From the NCBI GenBank assembly GCA_037444745.1, contig JBBILT010000003.1:263532-327531 (forward strand): a stretch of 64,000 nucleotides of DNA, in the 5' to 3' direction. This document shows, one piece after another, positions 29,566-38,823 of this stretch. The notes beneath the pieces were generated by a model. The model searched no databases. It was not told the origin of the DNA and worked only from the letters and a program-made list of their open reading frames with translations. The first letter of the stretch is position 1. Each line of letters begins with the position of its first letter. Both the position numbers and the translations under genes were made by a program. Source of the DNA: Ignavibacteriales bacterium (GTDB lineage: Bacteria; Bacteroidota; Ignavibacteria; Ignavibacteriales; Ignavibacteriaceae).

Positions 29566-29712
29566 AATCCTCTACGAGGATTTTTTTCCCTTTTCTTCAA
29601 GCCAATTACAATAATAAAACATCTACTATGTTTTTTATCTAAGACTTCGTAGAAGTCTAATTATTGTAAAAAAGTCAAACTTCATATCTTAAGATAATCC
29701 TCGTAGAGGATT
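29566..29712. repeat. composite palindromic element, family D
   Basis: AATCCTCTACGAGGATT (29566-29582) and its exact reverse complement AATCCTCGTAGAGGATT (29696-29712) flank the central hairpin AGACTTCGTAGAAGTCT (29642-29658). Confidence 0.55.
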
Positions 29713-29726
29713 TATAAAGTTCATAA

Positions 29727-31601
29727 TCATTTTAGAATTTGTAATACTATGTTACTTGGAAATTCTTTTGAATGATAAATTTTATTCATCGCTTTTACAA
29801 ACTTTTCTTTATCGGCAGAATATATATCACAAAAAGTATTTGGATTTACATCAAAGAATGGGAAGTATGACGACGAAACCTGAATCATAACTTTGTGTCC
29901 CGCTTTAAATGTATGAAATGCATCATTCAAATTTATTTTAACTTCAGTTACCTGGTTTGGAATAAATGCTTCAGGATTTTCATAACTGTTTCTAAATTTT
30001 CCACGCATAATTTCAGTTCGCACCAATCTTTCATAACCTCCCATCTCAACCTTAGCAGGATTCGGATCGGGATTAACTGCATCATCAGGATAAGCGTCAA
30101 TTACTTTCACTACAAAATCAGCATCAGTTCCTGTTGTTGAAACATATAGATCAGCACTGATTGGTCCGGCAATAGTTACATTTTCTGGCAAAGCACCTGT
30201 TTCAAAAGTAATAACATCAGGACGAGTTGAAGCATATCGTTGATCTTCAATCAAGTGAAGACGATTGTAAAAATTCTTTGAGTCCTCAAACTTTGCAGTG
30301 TAAGGAACCGGATTAAATGGATCGCTGATGTATTCCGTAAAAGAGTTATCCTCTTTGGGTAAAGATAAATTAAGCTTTTCTTCAGGTTGAAAATAATATT
30401 TGACTTCGCTAGCATTTTTGGGCGGCCAGGTTTCATAATTACTCCATTTATTTTCGCCTGTATCAAAAACATAAGCATCGTTTAATTTTAAATCTCCTTC
30501 ATCTTTTAAATAATATTTAAAGAATGGAAGCAATATTTCTTTACGATAATATTCTGCTGTATTCTGATCGAATGAAAAATCACCAAGCGAATCTCCTTTA
30601 ACCCAAGCCCAGGAACCGTGAGTCCACGGACCCATTATAATTCTTGAATTATTTTCGGGATTATTTTTTTCAATAGCTTTATAAATATGTAATGGACCAA
30701 ACATATCTTCAGCATCATACCAGCCGCCAACAATTAACAAGGCGGGTTTAATATTTTTCATATACTGTAAGTTGCTTCTTAATCTCCAATAATAATCATC
30801 ATTACCATGCGATGCCATAGAATCCCAAAACGGAATTTGATCTTTAAGAAATCTTTCGTTTAGTTTTTTTATTGGAGTATTTTCCATAAAAAAGTTATAT
30901 GCATCCGGTGATGCATAATCAACAGGCGGCGGATAATTAGTTAGTGGTTCCGGTCTGGGTATTCCAAAACCTTTAAAGAAGTTAAAGGACATTAAAACAG
31001 AGAAAGCACCGTTATGATGCATATCATCCCCAACAAACCAATCTGATATCGGCGCTTGAGGTGAAACACAAACAAGATTAGGATGAGCATCAATTGCACC
31101 CATGATTGCATAAAATCCTGGATATGAAATTCCCCACATTCCAACTTTACCATTATTATTATTGATGTTCTTTATAAGCCATTCAATTGTATCGTAAGTA
31201 TCGCTGCTTTCATCAACCTGTTTGTTATTTTTTTTATTTGGGATGTATGCACGCATATTATCAAATTCACCTTCAGACATATATCTACCGCGAACATCCT
31301 GAAAAACAAATATGAATCCTTCATCAGCAAATTCAGTGGATGCGACTAAAAATCTTGTATATTTTTCTTCACCATAGGGGGCAACAGAATATGGAGTTCT
31401 GACTATTAGAATTGGGTATGTTCTTGATTTATCTCTCGGTGAGTAAACGGATGTAAAAAGTTTTACTCCATCACGCATTTCGATCATATATTCTTTTTTA
31501 TCATAGTTTTCCCTAACATAAGATTGTTGTGATTGTGTGCATTGATTAAATATTACAATGAACAATATTGCTGTCAATATCTCTTGCATTTTAGATTTCA
31601 T
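29727..31601 (-). CDS. CocE/NonD-family hydrolase (S15 X-Pro dipeptidyl-peptidase-like), secreted
   Basis: Signal peptide, GISYPG nucleophile elbow, and a C-terminal beta-sandwich region typical of the family. Confidence 0.85.
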   Translation of the reverse strand: MKSKMQEILTAILFIVIFNQCTQSQQSYVRENYDKKEYMIEMRDGVKLFTSVYSPRDKSRTYPILIVRTPYSVAPYGEEKYTRFLVASTEFADEGFIFVFQDVRGRYMSEGEFDNMRAYIPNKKNNKQVDESSDTYDTIEWLIKNINNNNGKVGMWGISYPGFYAIMGAIDAHPNLVCVSPQAPISDWFVGDDMHHNGAFSVLMSFNFFKGFGIPRPEPLTNYPPPVDYASPDAYNFFMENTPIKKLNERFLKDQIPFWDSMASHGNDDYYWRLRSNLQYMKNIKPALLIVGGWYDAEDMFGPLHIYKAIEKNNPENNSRIIMGPWTHGSWAWVKGDSLGDFSFDQNTAEYYRKEILLPFFKYYLKDEGDLKLNDAYVFDTGENKWSNYETWPPKNASEVKYYFQPEEKLNLSLPKEDNSFTEYISDPFNPVPYTAKFEDSKNFYNRLHLIEDQRYASTRPDVITFETGALPENVTIAGPISADLYVSTTGTDADFVVKVIDAYPDDAVNPDPNPAKVEMGGYERLVRTEIMRGKFRNSYENPEAFIPNQVTEVKINLNDAFHTFKAGHKVMIQVSSSYFPFFDVNPNTFCDIYSADKEKFVKAMNKIYHSKEFPSNIVLQILK

Positions 31602-31654
31602 ATTTTACCTAATAAAAGTTAATGTAAGTTTAGATCATTTTTATTTTGGTTCCC

Positions 31655-31717
31655 TTTTGTGTCTTAGAGCCTTCGTGGCAAAAATCTAACTTGCCACCAA
31701 GGCACAAAGTCACCAAG
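31655..31717. repeat. imperfect palindrome GCCTTCGTGGCAA / TTGCCACCAAGGC (family E)
   Basis: 13-nt arms at 31669-31681 and 31691-31703 with one mismatch. The flanks show CTTAG/CTTTG versus CAAAG word symmetry. Confidence 0.45.
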
Positions 31718-31801
31718 TTTCACATAGTAAGACATAAAATTCTTTTCACAGATAAAATACTTTATTTTTGTTTTAGTTAAAAAAGAAATTACAGGAACGG
31801 T

Positions 31802-32548
31802 GTGCCGGATATTTTTGGAATCATAATTTTATTTGTTGTAGGTGCTATTGCAGCATTTATAAATGTAAATGCCGGAGGCGGATCTTCACTAACATTGCCC
31901 GTTTTAATTTTCCTTGGATTAGATCCCACTGTTGCAAATGGAACGAATCGTGTCGCTATTTTATTTCAAAACATTTCTGCAGTTCATTCGTTTAAGACTG
32001 AAAAATTTTATGAACTTAAAAATAGTTTAATCCTTTCCGCTCTTACCTTACCCGGGGCAATTGCCGGAGCGATTATGGCTGTTAAGATCAGTGATGAATT
32101 ATTTGAAAAAGTTCTTGCTGTGATAATGATCTTAATAATCATCACAATGATTCTGCCTAAAAAGAAAGTTGATAAAGTAAAAGAAGGTTTTGTTATTGAT
32201 TGGAAAATCACTCTGGCTATGATAGTTGTTGGGTTTTATGGTGCATTTATTCAAGTTGGAGTTGGGTTTTTGTTGATGGCTTCATTTCAGTATTTAATGA
32301 AACTTGATCTGATTAGAGTTAATATGCACAAAGTTTTTGTTGTGTTTATGTTTACGATTCCTGCCCTATTAGTTTTTATTTTTGCTGATAAAATAAACTG
32401 GTATTACGGTATAACACTTTCTGCCGGAAATGCTTTTGGCGGATGGTGGGGTGCAAAACTTTCTGTTAAAAAAGGTGAAAAGTTTATCAAATCAGTTTTG
32501 ATAGTTGCAATTTTTATTATGGCACTTAAACTTTTAAATATTTTCTAG
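31802..32548 (+). CDS. TauE/SafE-family anion exporter
   Basis: About 8 TM segments and Gly-rich helices (NAGGGSSLTLP) typical of the TauE/SafE family. Apparent GTG start. Confidence 0.8.
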   Translation: MPDIFGIIILFVVGAIAAFINVNAGGGSSLTLPVLIFLGLDPTVANGTNRVAILFQNISAVHSFKTEKFYELKNSLILSALTLPGAIAGAIMAVKISDELFEKVLAVIMILIIITMILPKKKVDKVKEGFVIDWKITLAMIVVGFYGAFIQVGVGFLLMASFQYLMKLDLIRVNMHKVFVVFMFTIPALLVFIFADKINWYYGITLSAGNAFGGWWGAKLSVKKGEKFIKSVLIVAIFIMALKLLNIF

Positions 32549-32555
32549 AGGATAT

Positions 32556-33383
32556 ATGAAACGAGATATCAATTATAAACTTAAAATGAATAACGGTGTC
32601 GAGATTCCTCAATTTGGATTAGGAGTTTATCTGACAAAAGCTGAAAGCGAATGTGTTAACGCAGTAACCTGGGCTTTGGAAGCTGGCTACAGGCATATTG
32701 ATACTGCAAGAATTTATGGCAATGAAAAAGAAGTTGGCGAAGCAGTTAGAAATTTTGGGATAAAACGTGAAGAAGTTTTCATTACAACAAAACTCTGGAA
32801 TGACGATCACGGTTATGAATCTGCACTTAAAGCATTTGGTAAAAGTCTAAAAACTTTAAACACAGATTACATTGATTGTTACTTAATTCACTGGCCTGTT
32901 AAAGAAAAAAGAAAAGAAAGCTGGAAAGCGCTAGAAAAGATTTATGAATCAGGCTATTGCAAATCTATCGGAGTAAGTAATTATATGATTATTCATCTGG
33001 AAGAATTGTTTTCTTACGCAAACATAATTCCGGTTATGAACCAGGTTGAATTTAGTCCGTACAATTATCAAAAAGATTTACTTGATGTTTGTAAAAAGAA
33101 TAACATTATTCTTGAAGCCTACTCGCCATTAACAAGAATGAAGAAACTTGATGATCCAAAAGTTCTGCCAATTGCAGAGAAGCATAATAAAACAAATGCA
33201 CAAGTTTTAATTCGCTGGGCAATAGAGCACGACTTAGTTGTAATTCCAAAATCCGCACGAAAGAAAAGAATAATTGAGAATGCGGATATTTTTGATTTTT
33301 TTCTGGATGCATCTGATATGAAAATTTTAGATAGTCTTGATGAAGGATTTAGATGTTCCTGGGATCCAACTAAGATTGATTGA
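32556..33383 (+). CDS. aldo/keto reductase
   Basis: GYRHIDTARIYGNE, LWN, DCYLIHWP and IPKS motifs of AKR (2,5-diketogluconate reductase-like). Confidence 0.9.
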   Translation: MKRDINYKLKMNNGVEIPQFGLGVYLTKAESECVNAVTWALEAGYRHIDTARIYGNEKEVGEAVRNFGIKREEVFITTKLWNDDHGYESALKAFGKSLKTLNTDYIDCYLIHWPVKEKRKESWKALEKIYESGYCKSIGVSNYMIIHLEELFSYANIIPVMNQVEFSPYNYQKDLLDVCKKNNIILEAYSPLTRMKKLDDPKVLPIAEKHNKTNAQVLIRWAIEHDLVVIPKSARKKRIIENADIFDFFLDASDMKILDSLDEGFRCSWDPTKID

Positions 33384-33406
33384 ATCAAATAATGCCGTTT
33401 GATTGA

Positions 33407-33541
33407 ATTGCCACGACTTTTAAGTCGTGGTATGGATATAAGAGAAAACTCTTGGCTTTAGCCAAAATATTAAAATTAAGTTTGGGCTAAAGCCCAAGAT
33501 ATCTTTATTTAAAGTATCCACGACCTAAAGGTCGTGGCAAT
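33407..33541. repeat. four-hairpin element bounded by ATTGCCACGAC / GTCGTGGCAAT (family F)
   Basis: The hairpins are CCACGACTTTTAAGTCGTGG (33411-33430), TTGGCTTTAGCCAA (33452-33465), TTGGGCTAAAGCCCAA (33482-33497) and CCACGACCTAAAGGTCGTGG (33518-33537). Confidence 0.6.
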
Positions 33542-33602
33542 AAAAAAAAATTACACCACATTTTTAAATTTGATAGATCACTTCGCTTCGCTCGTGATGA
33601 CT

Positions 33603-36428
33603 TTATCTTTTCAACTCTTTTACCAAAAACTTACCGGTCAAACTTTTTTTGTTTTTAATTATTTGTTCTGGAGTTCCTTCGGCAATAATCTTTCCACCAA
33701 ACTCACCGCCGCCGGGACCAAGATCAATAATCCAGTCTGCGGTTTTTATTACATCAAGGTTATGTTCAACAACAACAACTGTGTTTCCTTTATCAACAAG
33801 TTTGTTTAAAACTCCTAAAAGAATTCTAACATCTTCAAAATGCAAACCTGTTGTTGGTTCATCAAGTATATAAATTGTTTTACCTGTGCTTACTTTACTA
33901 AGTTCTGTTGCAAGTTTAACCCGCTGTGCTTCTCCACCTGAAAGTGTTGTTGCCTGCTGTCCAAGTTTAATGTAACCAAGTCCAACATCGTGAATTGCTT
34001 TTATCTTTCTGTGAATTCTTGGTAGGTCTTCAAAAAATTCCATTGCTTCATCAACACGCATTTCAAGAACATCAGAAATAGATTTTGTTTTGTATAACAC
34101 TTGCAATGTTTCCCTGTTGTATCTTTTCCCCTGGCAAACATCGCAAAGTACATAAACATCTGGAAGAAAATTCATTTCTATTTTCTTTAAACCATCGCCA
34201 CCGCACTCTTCACATCTCCCGCCTTCAACATTAAAACTAAATCTTCCAGTTGCATACCCACGCATTTTTGATTCTGGAAGTTGCGCAAACAAATCACGAA
34301 TGTGTGTAAACAAACCAGTATAAGTTGCAGGATTTGATCTTGGTGTTCTTCCAATCGGTGATTGATCAATTTCAATTACTTTATCAATGTGTTCCAATCC
34401 TTCAACAGATTTATATGGCAGCGGAACAAGTTTAGAAGAATAAATTTTCTTCATTAAAATCTTAACAAGAGTTTCATTGATGAGAGTTGATTTACCAGAA
34501 CCGCTAACTCCGGTTATTACGGTAAAAGTTCCAAGTGGAATTTCCAAATCAACATTTTTAAGATTATTTCCTTTTGCACCTTTTAAAATTAGTGAGCTGC
34601 CAATTCCTTCCCTTCTTTTTTCTGGAATTTCAATTCGCTTTTTATCATTAAGGTAGGAAAGGGTTAAAGAATCATAACCATTTTGGGATTTGGTCAACTC
34701 TGATGTTTCACCAACAATACAAACTTCACCACCGTGTACACCTGCAGCAGGACCAAGATCAATTATATAATCTGAGCTTTCAATTGTTTCCCTGTCGTGC
34801 TCAACTACAATAACTGTGTTTCCAAGATCACGAAGATTTTTTAATGAGTTAATAAGTTTAATATTATCACTTTGATGCAAACCGATTGATGGCTCGTCTA
34901 ATACATACAAAACTCCGGCAAGTTGCGAACCAATTTGTGTTGCTAATCTTATGCGCTGTGATTCGCCGCCGGATAATGTTCGTGCGGATCTATCAAGAGT
35001 TAAATAATCCAATCCAACATTTAATAAAAAGTGTAATCTTTCCGTTATCTCTTTTAAAATAGGCTTGGCAATAATTGCATCTTTACCTTTTAATTTAAGA
35101 TCAGCAAAAAACTCTGCAGCACGATTTATTGAAAGCTTTGTTACTTCACTAATGTTTTTATTTTGAAATTTTACTGATAAAGATTCTTTCTTTAATCTTC
35201 CGCCATTGCAAGTCTGGCAAGTTGCAGAATTCATATAAGCTTCAACCCACTCGCGTATATGATTTGAACTTGTTGTAGAATAAAAGTTTTTTAAATAACT
35301 CAAGACTCCCGCAAACCTATGAAGATATGTTACAGGTTTGCCTTTACCGTAATTGTAAGTAAAAGATATTTTTTCAGAACTTCCATTTAGCAACAAATCT
35401 TTTTGTTCATTGGTTAAATCTTTAAGCGGAGTATCAAAATCAAAACCAAACTTTTGCCCAACTGCTTCAAGTTGATTGAAGAACCAAATTGATCTTGGTT
35501 TACCAAGTGCGGCAATACCTTCTTCATTTATTGATTTATCCCAATCAGGAATTATCAAATTAATATCAAGCTGTTTTATTTCTCCAAGTCCTTCACAATC
35601 ACTGCAGGAACCATACGGCGAGTTGAATGAAAATGAATTTGGTGCAAGCTCACGATATGAAATTCCGCAATCCAAACAAGCAAGATGACGACTGTAAATT
35701 TTATCCTTTCCATCTTCATCGATGATTACAATTCCATTTCCATAATTAAGTGCAACATCTACAGATTCAGTTAATCTGCCGCGTGATTTTTCGCTTGCAT
35801 TAACTTTATCAATTGCAATTTCTATGTTATGGATTTTATATCGATCGACATAAAATCCTTTTTCAATTTCAAAATATTCTCCATCAACTCTAACTTTTAA
35901 AAATCCATCTGATATTATTTCTTCAAAAAGTTCCCGGTAATGTCCTTTTCTCCCGCGAATGACCGGAGCGAGAATAGAAACTTTTTTACCTGATTGATTT
36001 TGGATAATTGTATCAATTATTTGGGCTGAGGTTTGTTTAGTAACGGGTTTGCCGCAGTTGTAGCAATGTGGAATACCAATTCGTGCATACAATAATCTTA
36101 AGTAATCATAAATTTCTGTTACCGTTCCAACTGTAGAACGTGGATTTCCTGAAGTAGATCTTTGTTCGATAGAAATTGCAGGACTTAATCCTTCAATCAA
36201 ATCAACTTCAGGTTTTTCAAGCATATCCAAAAACTGGCGTGCATAAGCAGAAAGCGATTCAATATATCTTCTCTGTCCTTCAGCATAGATTGTATCAAAC
36301 GCAAGCGAGGATTTTCCCGAACCGGAAAGTCCTGTAATTACTGTAAAGGAATCCCGTGGAATTTCAACATCGATGTTTTTTAAATTGTGCTCTCGTGCAC
36401 CTCTAATAACTATAGTTTCTTTTTCCAA
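33603..36428 (-). CDS. uvrA: excinuclease ABC subunit A
   Basis: 941 aa with duplicated ABC ATPase modules ([18 protein letters not shown]), zinc-finger cysteines and a typical UvrA N-terminus. Confidence 0.97.
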   Translation of the reverse strand: MEKETIVIRGAREHNLKNIDVEIPRDSFTVITGLSGSGKSSLAFDTIYAEGQRRYIESLSAYARQFLDMLEKPEVDLIEGLSPAISIEQRSTSGNPRSTVGTVTEIYDYLRLLYARIGIPHCYNCGKPVTKQTSAQIIDTIIQNQSGKKVSILAPVIRGRKGHYRELFEEIISDGFLKVRVDGEYFEIEKGFYVDRYKIHNIEIAIDKVNASEKSRGRLTESVDVALNYGNGIVIIDEDGKDKIYSRHLACLDCGISYRELAPNSFSFNSPYGSCSDCEGLGEIKQLDINLIIPDWDKSINEEGIAALGKPRSIWFFNQLEAVGQKFGFDFDTPLKDLTNEQKDLLLNGSSEKISFTYNYGKGKPVTYLHRFAGVLSYLKNFYSTTSSNHIREWVEAYMNSATCQTCNGGRLKKESLSVKFQNKNISEVTKLSINRAAEFFADLKLKGKDAIIAKPILKEITERLHFLLNVGLDYLTLDRSARTLSGGESQRIRLATQIGSQLAGVLYVLDEPSIGLHQSDNIKLINSLKNLRDLGNTVIVVEHDRETIESSDYIIDLGPAAGVHGGEVCIVGETSELTKSQNGYDSLTLSYLNDKKRIEIPEKRREGIGSSLILKGAKGNNLKNVDLEIPLGTFTVITGVSGSGKSTLINETLVKILMKKIYSSKLVPLPYKSVEGLEHIDKVIEIDQSPIGRTPRSNPATYTGLFTHIRDLFAQLPESKMRGYATGRFSFNVEGGRCEECGGDGLKKIEMNFLPDVYVLCDVCQGKRYNRETLQVLYKTKSISDVLEMRVDEAMEFFEDLPRIHRKIKAIHDVGLGYIKLGQQATTLSGGEAQRVKLATELSKVSTGKTIYILDEPTTGLHFEDVRILLGVLNKLVDKGNTVVVVEHNLDVIKTADWIIDLGPGGGEFGGKIIAEGTPEQIIKNKKSLTGKFLVKELKR

Positions 36429-36537
36429 GTAATCTTTATCCAGTAAAAAATAGAATTAAAATTTTCAAACACTTATTTTAGGAATAGTGATATTGATAAA
36501 CAAATAATTTTAGCATGGAATATTCAAGCGCACACTA

Positions 36538-37158
36538 ATGTTACCTGAACAAATAAAAACGATAAAAGATTTCAATAAGGATTCTCTTAAAGAAAAAGGC
36601 TCAGAATTTATTGCAATAGTTTATCCTGTCGATAGTGACGAGTCTGCACAAAATTATCTTCAATCAATAAAAAAGAAATATTATGATGCAACTCATCATT
36701 GTTTTGCGTATCGATTAAACAGCGGGAAATCAAAATATTCCGATGATGGTGAACCAAAAGGTACTGCTGGAATTAGAATCCTAAATGCAGTTGAGCATTT
36801 TGATTTAAGCGACGTTCTGCTTGTTGTAGTGCGATATTTTGGCGGTACCAAGCTTGGAGTTGGACCACTGGGAAAAGCTTATTATAATGCTTCTATTGAT
36901 GTTTTAGGCAAATCAAAAATTGTTAGCCGAACACTTTATCAATTAGTTGAGATCGAAACAGATTTTAATTTTATCAATTATATTCATCGCACTATAAATA
37001 GTTTCTCCGCAATTATCTCTGATTCTGATTTTGCAGATAAAGCAAAATTTAAATGCTTGATGAAACCAAATGATTTAGAGAAGATAAATATTGAGTTGAC
37101 AAATCTTACTAATGGACGAATCATCATATCGCACAAAAATTTATTTAAATATCAATAA
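36538..37158 (+). CDS. IMPACT/YigZ-family protein
   Basis: GSEFIA...HHCFAYR...DDGEPKGTAG motif of UPF0029/YigZ. Confidence 0.8.
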   Translation: MLPEQIKTIKDFNKDSLKEKGSEFIAIVYPVDSDESAQNYLQSIKKKYYDATHHCFAYRLNSGKSKYSDDGEPKGTAGIRILNAVEHFDLSDVLLVVVRYFGGTKLGVGPLGKAYYNASIDVLGKSKIVSRTLYQLVEIETDFNFINYIHRTINSFSAIISDSDFADKAKFKCLMKPNDLEKINIELTNLTNGRIIISHKNLFKYQ

Positions 37159-37253
37159 TCTTCAAAAAATTTAACTATCAGCTTGATTTAATTGTTATTA
37201 TTATCGATTTTTGTCATGAACAATTATTCATCCTTTATTAGAAGGGGAAAATT

Positions 37254-37700
37254 ATGGAACTATCTCAGAACGCAGAAAGATTAGCTAACCTTACATTTAG
37301 TCTTCTTGCTAATTGTCAGGAAAAAGAAGTTAGACTGGCTGAAGTACACAGTTTAACGCAAGCAGAATTTAGGTGTTTACGTTTATTTGGCTCTGACGAA
37401 AGCATTAACAATAAAGCAATCGCCAAAAGAATGAATCTAAGCCCTAGTAGATTGACAAGAATTATTGATGGTTTAGTGGTCAAAGAGTACATCATCAGAG
37501 AAATTAATGCAAACGATAGAAGAAACATGAGAGTTTGTCTCTCAAAAAAAGGACAAGTTCTCGTTCAGCAACTAAACAAATCTTATATAGAAATTCACAA
37601 AGAAATTTTACAGGATATCGATCCAGATCAACATCAGTCATTAATAACTGCTATGACGCATTTATTGAGTGCTTTGGAAAAATGGATTGCTAAAACTTAA
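37254..37700 (+). CDS. MarR-family transcriptional regulator
   Basis: Winged-helix region IAKRMNLSPSRLTRIIDGLV...DRR. Confidence 0.85.
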   Translation: MELSQNAERLANLTFSLLANCQEKEVRLAEVHSLTQAEFRCLRLFGSDESINNKAIAKRMNLSPSRLTRIIDGLVVKEYIIREINANDRRNMRVCLSKKGQVLVQQLNKSYIEIHKEILQDIDPDQHQSLITAMTHLLSALEKWIAKT

Positions 37701-37714
37701 TAATTTTTGTTTGG

Positions 37715-38131
37715 TTAGTTTCTTTTAAGATAGTTAAGATATTTTTTAGCGCTGTCTAAATCTTCAGCCAGTTCCTGAAGATTATTAAGAGTATTTTGAT
37801 TTAACTCAAGGTAGTTAAATTCAATTTGTTTTTTTTCTCCATCATTCATTTGAAAAATAACTTTCTTTAACTGAGAAATTATTTTTTCAATATTTTCAGA
37901 TAAGTCTTTCTTTATATGATCAATCTTTTCAACTTTTGGAATATTCTCACTATTCTTTATTACCCTAAACAATCCATTAACATATTTCCCGGTAAAAAAA
38001 AAGTCTTCAATGTTATTGAATTGATCAGATTTGTCAAACGCTTCAATGATCATTTTTAAATGATCTTTTCTTTTTAACAATCTATTTGAAAATATTTCGA
38101 TCTGGTCAAGAAAATCAGATTGCAATATCAT
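37715..38131 (-). CDS. hypothetical helical protein
   Basis: 138-aa ORF ending 6 nt... upstream partner is the O-methyltransferase gene (38138-38779) on the same strand, with a 6-nt gap to it. No motif recognised. Confidence 0.4.
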   Translation of the reverse strand: MILQSDFLDQIEIFSNRLLKRKDHLKMIIEAFDKSDQFNNIEDFFFTGKYVNGLFRVIKNSENIPKVEKIDHIKKDLSENIEKIISQLKKVIFQMNDGEKKQIEFNYLELNQNTLNNLQELAEDLDSAKKYLNYLKRN

Positions 38132-38137
38132 GATGAT

Positions 38138-38779
38138 TTACTTCTTGATTCCTAAACCTAATCCATCACCAATTGGGATAATCATCGAATCAAGATTTTG
38201 CTGAAGGATAAATAATTTATTGAAATCGCGAATATGCTTTGTTGATTTGTTGTATTTAGTGGGCACCCGTGAAGCAGCAGAATAACCATGCCACAAAAGA
38301 TTATCAATTATTATCACTCCACATTTTCTTAACAGTATCATTGAGTAATCGAATAATCTTTTATAATCTTCCTTATCAGCATCAAGGAAAATAAAATCAT
38401 ATTTTTTACCCAACTGAGGCATAATATTTAAAGCATCTCCTTCAATCAATTTTATTTTTTTACCTAATCCTGATTTTTCAAAATTTTCTTTAGCAATACC
38501 GATATTATCCTCACTCTTCTCTATCGTATGAATAACCGATCTTTTACCAAGACACTTGGCAATCCTTATCGTTGTGTATCCGATAGCAGTTCCAATTTCT
38601 AAAACCCTTTCTGGTCTGTGCATTTTTATAAGTTTCTCCATTAAATCTGCAGCATGCCAATCGAGGATAGGAATATTATTTTCTAAGGCAAATTTTTCCA
38701 TTTCCAAAATCAGATTGTCATCATTTTTTTTAAACGAATCAAGATATCTTTTTTGTGCGGGAAAAAATATGTTACTCAT
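38138..38779 (-). CDS. class I SAM-dependent O-methyltransferase (family 3, YrrM/caffeoyl-CoA OMT-like)
   Basis: VLEIGTAIGYT SAM motif, FLDADK, and overall length typical of the family. Confidence 0.85.
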   Translation of the reverse strand: MSNIFFPAQKRYLDSFKKNDDNLILEMEKFALENNIPILDWHAADLMEKLIKMHRPERVLEIGTAIGYTTIRIAKCLGKRSVIHTIEKSEDNIGIAKENFEKSGLGKKIKLIEGDALNIMPQLGKKYDFIFLDADKEDYKRLFDYSMILLRKCGVIIIDNLLWHGYSAASRVPTKYNKSTKHIRDFNKLFILQQNLDSMIIPIGDGLGLGIKK

Positions 38780-38823
38780 CTGCTCACGTCTTTATTAGTT
38801 TTAAAATTATTAATGCAAATATA

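Noticed and set aside
19962-33602. Possible CRISPR array, considered because of recurring short palindromic repeats.
   Set aside because: The repeats belong to different sequence families, are not regularly spaced, are separated by whole genes, and no cas genes are present.
33534-33809. 91-aa plus-strand ORF.
   Set aside because: It starts inside the family F repeat and runs antisense into uvrA.
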